From NCBI GenBank assembly GCA_951406725.2, contig OX597820.1, positions 36,084,001 to 36,148,000 of the forward strand: a stretch of 64,000 nt of DNA, in the 5' to 3' direction. Both the position numbers and the translations under genes were made by a program. Positions 53,602 through 64,000 of this stretch are shown here, in pieces; the first letter of the stretch is position 1; each line of letters opens with the position of its first letter. The notes under the pieces are model-generated. The model had not been told where the DNA came from. It made no database searches and saw only the letters and a program-made list of their open reading frames with translations. The stretch is from Octopus vulgaris (lineage: Eukaryota).

Positions 53602-54156
53602 GAGTGAGAGAGCAGTGCATGCCATCAAAGTGACACTGGGGAAAAATATATGAAGCCCAGTATACCCATCATGACTACCCATCTGATAAGGGTACACCAG
53701 ACACATGCATCACAACCATATGTGCGCGACATGGTGAACTCATAAACAGCACATGACCTTGCAGGTGGGGCCCAGTTAGAATTTTCTTCTGACTGAGTAA
53801 CCCATCCTGCTCAAAAGGTCCCTGAATAAGGGTTATTTAAGGATGTTGAATGAAACACCCACGTTTCCAGAGGTGAATTATTCAAACCCCAAAGAATCGC
53901 TCTCAACACATGACTATGATGCTCCCCCACTACTTCTACTCATGATCAGAGATGCACATATATCGTCAGCCACTAAGGAACATGCTCAACTGGTTAAGAT
54001 CAAACAACTGACAAGCAAATCTGTGGTATTGAGCAGAATATTTGCTGTAGCCCATCTTTTATACCAAGCCAAAACAATGTACATGATAACACTTCCAATA
54101 ATCAGTTAAGATCAGAAGACATGAGAGCCACTGCCTAGTACTGCATCAGGGCATTT
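53602..54156 (-). mobile_element. ~555-bp non-coding interspersed element in (TAA)n, copy 1
   Basis: GAGTGAGAGAGCAG...CTGCATCAGGGCATTT flanked by (ATT)n on both sides; near-identical second copy. Confidence 0.75.
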
Positions 54157-54455
54157 ATTATTATTATTATCATTATCCGAATGTGGCCATTGCCAGCGCC
54201 GCCTCGACTGGCCTCTGTGCTGGTGGCACGTAAAAAGCACCAACTGATCATGGCTGTTGCTAGCCTCACCTGGCATGTAAAACGCACCCACTACACTCAT
54301 GGAGTGGTTGGTGTTAGGAAGGGCATCCAGCTGTAGAAACACTGCCAGATCAGACTGGGCCTGGTGCAGCCTCCTGGCTTCCCAGACTCCAATTGAACCG
54401 TCCAACCCATGCTAGTATGGAAAGTGGACGTTAAATGATGATGATGATGTTGATG

Positions 54456-54486
<31 letters not shown>

Positions 54487-54799
54487 GGGATATGAGCTGG
54501 CAGAACTGTTAGCATGCTGGGCAAAATGCTTAGCGGTATTTTGTCCGTTTTTACATTCTGAATTCAAATTCCGCTGAGGTTGACTTTACCTTTCATCCTT
54601 TTGGAGTCAATAAAATGAGTACCAGTGAAACACTGGGGGTCGATGTAATTGACTATTCCCCTCCCCACCAAAGTAGAAAAGATTATTGTTGTCGTTTTTG
54701 TTGTTGTTGTTGTTGTCGTCATCATCGCTGCTGCTGCTGCTGTTGTTGTTGTTATTGTTGCTGCTGCTGTTGTTGCTGCTGTTGTTGTTGTTGTTGTTA

Positions 54800-54834
<35 letters not shown>

Positions 54835-55388
54835 GAGTGAGAGAGCAGTTCATGCCATCAAAGTGACATTGGGGTAAAATATACGAAGCCCAATATACCC
54901 ATCATGACTACCCGTCTGATAAAGGTACACCAGGCACATGCATCACAACCATATGTGCGCGACATGGTGATCTCATATCAAGATAAACAGCACATGACCT
55001 TGCAGGTGGGGCCCAGTTAGAATTTTCTTCAGGTTGAGTAGCCCATCCCGCTCAAACGGTCCCCGAACAAGGGTTGTTTAAGGATGTTGAAAGAACCACC
55101 CTTGTTTCCAGAGGTGAACTAGTCAAACCCCAAAGCATCCCTCTCAACACATGGCTATGATGCTCCCCCACTACTTCTGCTCATGATCAGAGATGCACAT
55201 ATCGTCAGCCACTAAGGGACATGCTCAACTGGTTAAGGTCAAACAACTGACAAGCAAATCTGTGGTATTGAGCAGAATATTTGCTGTAGCCCATCTTTTA
55301 TACCAAGACAAAACAATGTACATGATAACACTTCCAATCAGTTAAGATCAGAAGCCATGAGAGCCACTGCCTGGTACTGCATCAGGGC

Positions 55389-55392
<4 letters not shown>
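54835..55392 (-). mobile_element. ~558-bp non-coding interspersed element in (TAA)n, copy 2
   Basis: Same termini as copy 1, again flanked by (ATT)n. Confidence 0.75.
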
Positions 55393-55443
<51 letters not shown>

Positions 55444-55528
55444 TTCTATATTTAAGAAATGAGGAATTATGTACATTATTTACATTATTTACATTTGACA
55501 GATATTTGTCCTCATCTTGTTTGTTGTT

Positions 55529-55574
55529 AACACAACGTTTCAGCTGATATACCCTCCAGCTTTCATCAGGTGTC
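55529..55574 (-). ncRNA. Minimal type I hammerhead ribozyme motif (Penelope-like element type)
   Basis: Minus strand GACAC-CTGATGA-A-AGCTG-gagggtatat-CAGCT-GAAAC-GTT-GTGTT: intact CUGAUGA/GAAA core, stems I and II, and a palindromic minimal stem III. Confidence 0.7.
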
Positions 55575-55611
55575 TTGGGGAAGTTTCAAACCTGGGTATT
55601 TTTCGATGTTG

Positions 55612-55659
<48 letters not shown>

Positions 55660-55660
<1 letters not shown>

Positions 55661-56432
55661 TTTTTTTTTTTCATCTTTCAAATTTTCTTCCATTTCTTGC
55701 CGAGTGTCTTCCCGACTCCTAGGGCAAAGAAACTCATAGTGTGTATTGGTAGGCCATTAAACCAAACTCAGTAGTTCGTTCATTTTTTTTTTTATTTTTT
55801 TTATTTTTTAAAGTTAAATTAAAATACATGAGCAGCAACAGTTCTCACATCGACAATGCTCTTCTCAATATGTGTGATGTACCAGTTAAGACAATCTTTT
55901 GCACTTCTTGCAGGGATGGTAAGCCAGGGATCATTCTCATATAATTTTCGGTTCCCTTCTTGATCATTCCTAGTGCTCCTACGATCACTGGTATTGTAAC
56001 CGCCTTGAGATGCCACATTTTCTCAATTTCAATGAGTAGGTCTTTATATTTTCTGAGCTTGTCAAACTCTTTCGCTGAGATATTATGATCACAGGGGATG
56101 CTCATGTCGATCAATAAGCAAACTTTATTGTTTTGGTCTTTCACAACAATATCTGGTTTATTGGCCTTGATGGTTCGGTCTGTATGTACTGGAAAGTCCC
56201 ACAGAATGGTTACATTTTCTCCTTCAGTTACAGCCTCAGGGTGGTGATTATACCACTTGTCGACAGTTTTGATATTGTAATGCCGACTTATTAGCCAGTG
56301 GAGATATTGGCCAACTCTGTCATGTCTTAATTTATACTCCACTGGTGCTAAGACATTACATCCAGAGATTTGGTGGTCCACTGTTTCAATCATGTCGTTG
56401 CAGAATCGGCATTTTGGGTCTGCTCCATTTTT
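55660..56432 (-). mobile_element. 5'-truncated R4/Dong-type non-LTR retrotransposon (zinc knuckle, RLE domain, 3' UTR)
   Basis: CRFC-x8-H-x4-C, RHD, ILWD, NKPDIVV, IDMS, KYKDL and PVIVGALG motifs, intact to the stop at 55845; (TAA)n on both sides. Confidence 0.88.
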
Positions 56433-56439
56433 AAAAAAA

Positions 56440-56524
<85 letters not shown>

Positions 56525-56597
56525 ATTATTATTATTCAGGTCAATGCCTGGAATCAAACTCAGAATCTTGGGGTTAGTAGCCCGCGTTCTTAACCAC

Positions 56598-56631
<34 letters not shown>

Positions 56632-57575
56632 AAAGCAGCAAGCTTGCAGAATCATTAGCATGCTGGGCGAAATGCTTCGTGGCATTTTTTCTGGTTCTAT
56701 GTTCTGAGTCCAAATTACACTGAAGTTGACTCTGCCTTTCACCATTTTGGCCTCAGTAAAATAAGCATAAGTTGAGCACTGGGATCAATGTAATTGACTA
56801 GGTCCTGCCCGCCAAATTTTAGGACTTGTGCCTTTAGTAGAAAGGCTTATTATTAAAATAGTTGCTGACTGAATCATTAATATGCTGGACAAAATGCTTT
56901 AGTGGAATTTCTTCTGGTTTTACACTCTCAGTTCAAATTCCACGGAGGTCTACTTTGCTTTTCATCCTTTCTCATCATCATGATCATCATCATCCTTTAA
57001 TATTTGCCTTCCATGCTGGCATGGGTCGGACAGTTTGACAGGAACTGGCCAGGCAGAAGACTGCACCAGACCTCTGTGTCTGATTTAGCATGATTTTTAT
57101 GGCTGGATGCCCTTTCTGACACCAATCACCCTGCAGAGTGGACTGAGTGCTTTTTACATGGTGCCAGCACTGGCAGGGTCACCAAGTGACTTGCAAGGAA
57201 TTTCAAGACTGGAGGGAGTATTGAAGGAGGTGATCTTGTGTCAGATGATGAAATGTTAGAGTGAGACAGAGTGGCAGAAACAGTTGTCTTGCTATAGAGG
57301 AGATACATGTGTTAACTGGCAAAGAGAGAGGGAGAGAGAGATCGACTCATACATTGTGTGTGTGTATGGATTGATACAATAAGAGACAGTTGAGCACTGG
57401 AGTCGATGTAATTGACTTACCCCCTACCCTCAAAATTTCAGGCCTTGTGTCCATAATAGAAAAGATTATAAAGCATGTAGCTGTACATAATGGAGTAAAA
57501 TTCAATGTTTTTTATATCTTTTTCTTCTTTTTTTATTTCTGTAATCAGTCAGGTGGTTTGATGATATTTTGAAAC

Positions 57576-57675
57576 ATGGCACTAAAGAAGAGGAAAATAA
57601 AACTCGTGACATTGGAAGACTTGCATCTATCATTTGATGATGAAGTTCGTGAATCCTGTTTGTGGATGGAAGACC
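57576..57675 (+). CDS. First coding exon of an unidentified gene (MALKKRKIKLVTLEDLHLSFDDEVRESCLWMED)
   Basis: Strong pyrimidine tract with CAG acceptors at 57548/57552, in-frame TGA just upstream of AACATGG, and a CC|GTAAGT phase-1 donor. Confidence 0.65.
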
Positions 57676-58059
57676 GTAAGTATTGTCAGGCTATGTAACC
57701 ATGGTCATTTTATATTCTCTGAATGGATTGGCTGGATGAAGAGAATGGAAACTTTCCTCTGCTATTTCTGTTATTTGTTTGTATGAGTAAGGAGGTTTAC
57801 ATTCATACCTATAGATGTTGGGAATGCGTTATGAATGGGTGTAACAGTGGGATGATGGGAGGAGTATGCGAGAGGTTTGAGTGGGTTTAGGAGGGAGTTA
57901 GAGAAGCTGCGGGTTTGGTTGTGTTGCTACTACAAGAAGGGTTCTTATGGTACCAGTTAAAAGAATTGGGAATAGAACACAGTTGACAGTGAATCAATGA
58001 TGGCTGGATGTTAAGTGTTGGGTAGTGAGTGTTGGTTTGTCTATGAGACATGTCTCACT

Positions 58060-58105
<46 letters not shown>

Positions 58106-58199
58106 ACAAAGGGTAAAATTAATTAATTAAGAAGTAATCAGTAATTTCACCAAGTAGAATTTGGCTTGAAAAAGACCATTTCATGGTAAGCTTAAGTAA

Positions 58200-58272
58200 T
58201 ACATTATAAATAGGGTTCAGCAACGATTTCGGTATGTGGTGAAGCAAATTGTTGCTGAACCCTATTTATAAA

Positions 58273-58275
<3 letters not shown>
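58200..58275. repeat. Hairpin-forming inverted repeat (~28-bp arms) between (TA)n tracts
   Basis: TTATAAATAGGGTTCAGCAACGATTT ... AAATTGTTGCTGAACCCTATTTATAA. Confidence 0.75.
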
Positions 58276-58309
<34 letters not shown>

Positions 58310-58576
58310 CATACATACACACACACACACATATATATATATATCCACATTATATGTCAGAGCAAACACTAGAGTATAATGCAGTCCTTGGATCTACAGG
58401 ATCCCATCAAACCAGCCAACCCATGTGAACATGAAACTGTGACATTAAATGATACACATACATACAAGTATGCATGCTTGCCTACATACATACATATGCA
58501 AATATGTATGTACATATGGACTTACATACCTACATATCTTTATACTTATATATGTACATACATAAGTATGTACGCA

Positions 58577-58608
<32 letters not shown>

Positions 58609-60200
58609 TACACAAGCACAAAGTTCAGGTCAATTCAAGGTTATGAGAAATGACATTTGGCCAATACACTTGACTATGTACAAGCTTCCTTTCTCTTATC
58701 TCTCTCTTAATAGCTTGACCATATAACAGCTTTCTCTCTCCCCCCCTCTCTCTCTCTCTTTCCTTTTGTCTCTCTCATTAGCTTAACGAAGAATGATCTC
58801 TTTCTCATTAGCTTGACCAAGTAACATCTCCTTCACATTACCTTGAACACACTGTTCTTTCTCTCTCTCCCTCCCTCTCTCTCCCTCTTCTCTTTCTCTC
58901 CCTCTCTCTCTGATTAACTTCACTATGTAGCAGCTCTTTTTTTTTTGTCGTGTGTCGATGTCTTGCAAACAACTTGCACATGCAAGTGCTACCAGTCAAA
59001 AGCTCCGTATACTGGAAGCCAGCAAGTGTATGGGGTCATCAGGAGAGAATGCGCTCCGTTTCGGGGCCTACCTCTCGACAGCATCAATGCGCACCGGCCC
59101 CCCTTACTGATATGAGGCCCTGCTTGCTATGTTATGAAGTTAAACTCAATATCCTTCTAGCCATTGCTCATCGTCTCTTTTTAACCAGTAGAATAAGCAT
59201 GTTTGGTTTATATTAGGTCTTTAGTGTTGCAGGCAGTGTCATAGACAAACTTGCTGAAGTCTGTTACCATATTTCTGGTGAAACACTCTGCCTTTGTTTC
59301 AGTTAATTTTTAAAATAATTAAAGATTTTATGAAATAACTGTTATTAAACTGGTGTTTAAGGGTGGTGAGCTGGCAGAATCATTAGTGCACCAGACAAAA
59401 TGCCAAGCAGCAACTTTGCCTTTCACCCTTTGAGGGTCAATAAAATGAGTACCTGTGGCACACTGGGCTCTATATGACTGAATAACCTTCACCTGCAGAA
59501 TTTCAGGCTTTGTGCCCATAGTAGTAAAGATCCCTTTTGGTCATGGACGACCATGGGATTGCACCTAGAAAGTTACCATCAAAAGCACAAGTCCAGGCAA
59601 GGTTGTTAATGGAAGACCAGCAGTCGCCCATGCATACCAGTCTCCCCTTGGATGTTATCCAAGGGAAAGGCAAAGGCCGATACAGCTTGGCACCAGTGAC
59701 ATTGCAACTAATTTCTACAGCTGTGTGAACTAGAGCAATGTGAAAAATAATGTTTTGCTCGAGAACACAACACGCCGCCTGGATTAGGAATTGAACTCAC
59801 TACCTCATGATTGTGAAACTGATGCTCTAACCACTAAGCCATGCACCTATAGTAGAAAGGATTATGAAACTGGTATTTGAGACGTAAACTAGCATGAAAT
59901 TTTGACGGAAAGTTAGAGTTTAGATCACTTTAAAACAGGAAGTTTATAATAATAATAATAATAATAATGAAATTATTGTATACAGTGCTCAGGTGCACCA
60001 CAACTTGTCAGAAAGTGCGTATAAAGTATATGCAGTAATGTACAAATGTCTGGAAAGCAAACAATGTATGAGTCAGATGCATGCTTGTGTGTGTATGGAG
60101 GGGGGGCAGATTTGAGAAAGTTGGTTTGAAATGGATTGTTCTTTAACTATTTCTTGCTCTACCCACTTCATTAAAGTTTCATGTTGCTCTTATTTTTTAG

Positions 60201-60320
60201 CTTTAGTCAATGTACCAGCTTGCACCTATGAAAACTTCCCTGAGGATCCACAAGAAAATAGTATTAATGAGCTGATTTTGTTCTTCAAAAATAACCAAGA
60301 ACTGTTTGATCAATTTAAAG
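60201..60320 (+). CDS. Next coding exon of the same unidentified gene (PLVNVPACTYENFPEDPQENSINELILFFKNNQELFDQFK)
   Basis: TTTTTTAG acceptor and AAG|GTAAGT donor, 120 nt, phase 1-1, reads open in frame with 57576-57675. The gene continues beyond the window. Confidence 0.7.
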
Positions 60321-60738
60321 GTAAGTCAATGTCTTAGACAGGCATTTATTGATATATTACCATTTGATGCTGTTGTTTTAAGGGAGAAATCCTTATTGGT
60401 CTTGTTCATATACACATGTGCCACCAGTTGTGGCACATATGATAGTTTGTATACCATATTAGTAGTGTTGTTATTAAATATAACACTACTACTATCATCC
60501 TGCTCTCCCTCCCCTTCCTCTCCTCCATCTTCCTCTCCCTCCTTTTCTCTCCCTCCTCCTCCTCCTCCTCTTTTCTGATGGGGGAAATGTTATCTTAGTT
60601 TGATGTAGGTGAGGTTTGGCTACAGGAAGGGCACCCAGCTGTTGAAAATTTGTCTCAAAAAATTCCATCTGACCTATGTAGGCATGGAAAAGTGAACATT
60701 AAAATGATGATGATGAAGCAATGATTGTTATTATTATT

Positions 60739-63700
60739 CAGTAGTTTTATTTTTATAGCATGCTTTCACTTCACTACCGAGCGCAGCTCTGTGTGCCTTA
60801 GGTATGTGCTGTGATTTGTTGTGATGCTCTGATGGTTATTGTATGAAAAGTGTTCTGCGTAGGATGTGTGCAGTGCCTAGTAGTGCAATTTTCTGTATGT
60901 TATATGTGTTTGTAAGTCCAGGTGTTTTTGTTATGTATTTGTCTGAATATTTTTTTATCATGCCTAATGCACCTACTATGATAGGAATTGTTTCTGTTTT
61001 TAGATTCCACATTCTGGTTACCTCTATTTCCAGGTCTTTGTATTTTGAAAGTTTCTCCATTTCTTTTAGAGACACGTTGTCATCTGCCGGTATTGATACA
61101 TCAATTAGAAAGCATTTTTTTTCTTCATGATCTCTGACAACTATATCTGGTCTGTTGGCCTTAATTTCTCTATCTGTGTGTATCGGCATATCCCAGAGTA
61201 TGGTTGCTTTCTCGTTTTCTGTGACCTTTTCTGGTGTGTGCCTATACCATCTTTTTTCTGTTGTTATTCCATAATGTTGGCATAGCTTCCAGTGTATGTA
61301 GGTTCCAACTCTGTCATGTCTGTGAATATATTCCTTCTTAGCCAGGATTGGGCAGCCAGAGATAATATAATTTATTTTTCTTGTCCATCTCCACATATTC
61401 TGCAGTTACTTGTTATATTTCTTTTCATTACATGTTTTTGGTAATTTCTGGTGGGGAGGCTTTGGTCTTGTGCTGCAATTAAAAATCCCTCTGTCTCTGC
61501 TTTGAGTCCTGGGATTTTTCTTTGTCTATTTCTCTTGCGTTTAGTTTAGTCCAGTATTTACCATGAAGGGACTTTTCTTGCCATCGTTTTATCATGGTTC
61601 GTTGCTGTTCTATTTTTAGTTTGGATTTCGTTTGTTTTATAGCTTTTGTTGTTTCTTCATCTTCTTCTTCTTCATATTTATTAGGTGGTATGATTTCTTG
61701 TTTGTATTTGTCAGCTTCCTTAAATACTGAGAACAGTTTTTTGTTTCGCTCGTGTTTTGCCGCTATTTGTATCAGTTTTCCTTCCTTCTGAAGTAGATAT
61801 TTTTGCAGTCCTATGGTGGTTATTTTGTAGTAGTTTTCTAGCTGTATAAGGCCTCTACCACCTTCTATACATTGTATATATAGTCTTTCTATGTCAATTT
61901 TGGGTGATGCATCCTAGATCCTGTCATTATTTTTCTTGTTTTCCTATCTATTTTGGTCAGTTCATTTAGTGTCCAGTTAAGGATATTGTAGCTGTAACTT
62001 ATAACTGGGACAGCTAAAGTGTTAATACCTATTATCTTGTTTTTAGCATTGAGCTCTGTTTTTAGTATTGATCCAACTCGTCTATAATATTCTTTTTTTA
62101 TTTTCTCTTTCATTTGTGTGTGTTGTGTCTTATCTAGTTCATGGATTCCTAAGTACTTGTAAGTTTGGCTTTGATCTAATTATTTTATTTCATTGGTTTT
62201 ATCTAGTGTGATGTTGCTACTCTTAACTAGTTTTCCTCTTTTCATGGTTACTTTGGCACATTTTTCTAATCCAAATTTCATATCTATTTCGTTGGTAAAT
62301 CCATGAACTGTCTTTAATAGTGTTTGCAGCGTATAGTTTTAGGTCATCCTTATATAAAAGGTGGCTGATCGTTTTGCTGTAACATTTATATCCGCATCCA
62401 GTTCTATTTAGCATATCAGATAGAGGTGACAGTGCCAAGCAGAAAAGGAGTGGCGAGAGCGTGTCTCCCTGGAATATTCCTCTTCTAATGGGGATGGCTT
62501 TGGTTTTCATGAGTCCCTCTTTTGTTTGGAGCTGTAGCACTGTTTGCCATTTATTCATAGAGTGCCCTATGAATTTTATAATTGTTGGTGCTACTTTGTT
62601 AATGGCTAGTGTTTCGAGGATCCATGGGTGGGGGATGCTATCAAACGCCTTTTTGTAGTCGATCCAGGCCATACTGAGGTCTTTCTTCTTTCTGTGGCTG
62701 CCTTCAGTTATGGCTTTATTAATCATTAGTTGATCTTTACAGCCATATGAGCCTTTGCAGCATCCTTTCTGCTCTTCTGGAAACAGGTTGTTTTCGTCCA
62801 GGTGCTTGTTCAACCTTTGCGATATCACTGCAGTAAATGCCTTGTACATTGTAGGGAGACAGGTTATTGGTCTGTAGTTTTCTGGTTTTGCTGTCTCATT
62901 TGATTTGAGAATTAAGATGGTTTTCCCCTTCGTGAGCCATTCAGGCATTGTCTCTGGCTCTGCTAGTATGTTGTTAAAGTTTTCAGCCAGCTTTTTGTGC
63001 ATTCCTGTTAGATATTTCAACCAGAAGTTGGGGATCTTGTCATGCCCAGGTGCCTTCCAGTTGCTTAGTTTTTGCAGTGCCTGGGTGACCTCTTCAATTG
63101 TTATGGGGGTCCAAAGTTGCTCAGATGCTGAGTTTGTTGTTTTGATACTCCTTTATTTTGGTTGTTCGTTCACCGACCATATTTCCCTCCAGAATTCTTC
63201 CACTTCTTCTGCCATTGGTGCTGCAGTGATTTCTATTTTATTTTTACCAAGTTCTTGGTAGAACTTTTTGGGGTTGGAGTTGAACTTTTTGTTTTGTTCA
63301 AAGAAGCGCTGGCGTTTCTCGTACCGGCGAATCCTTTGTGCTTTGGCAAGGATATCTTGCTTCAGCTTTTCTTTTATCTCAGGTAAATCTTTTTCTGTGA
63401 TGTTATATTTGCGGAATATTTTTGTTTTCTTTTTGTTGCTCAGTAGCGTTGATTGTCTGCTGATTTCATTAAGAATCGACAGATCTTTTCTCATTTTTTG
63501 TATTTTGTTTTGGATGTTATTTATCCACAGGGTTTGTTTGGGTGGTGGTACCCCTGTTTGGATGGGTTTGAGTGAGTATCCAGCTTCTTTTGTGGTTGCA
63601 GTGGCTGCTGCGTATACTAAGTCATTTAGCTCAGTGATATCGCTTTTTGTTTCAGTGGCTATTAGTTCCGTGACAGCTAGGTTTATGCTGTTTATAATTG

Positions 63701-64000
63701 GTGTTGTTGTTTCGTCTATTTTGATTTTTGGGAGGTATGGTCGGTGGTCCATTTTGAGCTTTGTGGTTTTCAGTTCTTTGATTATTTTACTTTTTATATT
63801 ATCATTGTTTCCAGGTTTTAGATTTGTGTCGCTTTCTTTCTTATTTATATGTTTGTTTGCCGTGTTTTGGCTTGCTGTTTGTCGTGTATTATTATGCATC
63901 CTTATGGTCTGGGTTTGTTGTTTTTTGTTTACATCGTGTTTGTTGGGAATGTTACGTTTGTCTTCGTGTTTTACTGTTTCAGTGTTTATATTATTGGGCA
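60739..64000 (-). mobile_element. R4/Dong-type RLE non-LTR retrotransposon (RT plus RLE), frameshifted, runs off the window
   Basis: RT motifs YRPITCL, EEQKG, WIDYKKAFDS, GIFQGD.LSPL and YKDDLKL; C-terminal RHD, ILWD, NRPDIV, KYKDL and PIIVGALG; (TAA) tail at about 60727-60738. Confidence 0.9.

Overview
AT-rich eukaryotic genomic DNA, very repeat- and microsatellite-dense. The repeat families and the KPYHCDICGK-type zinc fingers point to an octopus/coleoid cephalopod genome (inference). Genes: (1) a 15-finger C2H2 zinc-finger CDS on the minus strand (611-1960); (2) a four-exon LEPROT/Vps55-family gene on the plus strand (16764-38948), whose exon 2 is 1 nt short of the expected frame; (3) the first coding exons (57576-57675, 60201-60320) of an unidentified plus-strand gene, probably driven by an RFX X-box promoter near 49.46 kb. 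Mobile DNA: a full-length decayed mariner with TIRs, a split hAT transposase remnant, Helitron remnants, RTE and CR1-like remnants, two R4/Dong-type RLE LINEs in (TAA)n, many tRNA-derived SINEs, MITE-like foldbacks and a Penelope-type minimal hammerhead motif. The most unusual object lies in LEPROT intron 1: a young non-coding LTR element arranged LTR-191 bp-LTR-191 bp-LTR (25970-30534, ATAT target duplication, tRNA-Trp-type PBS). Each LTR carries a variable array of structured 51-nt repeats just downstream of the TATA box, and the 3' LTR has a different U5 end from the 5' LTR. Most small ORFs in the supplied track are microsatellite or repeat artefacts.
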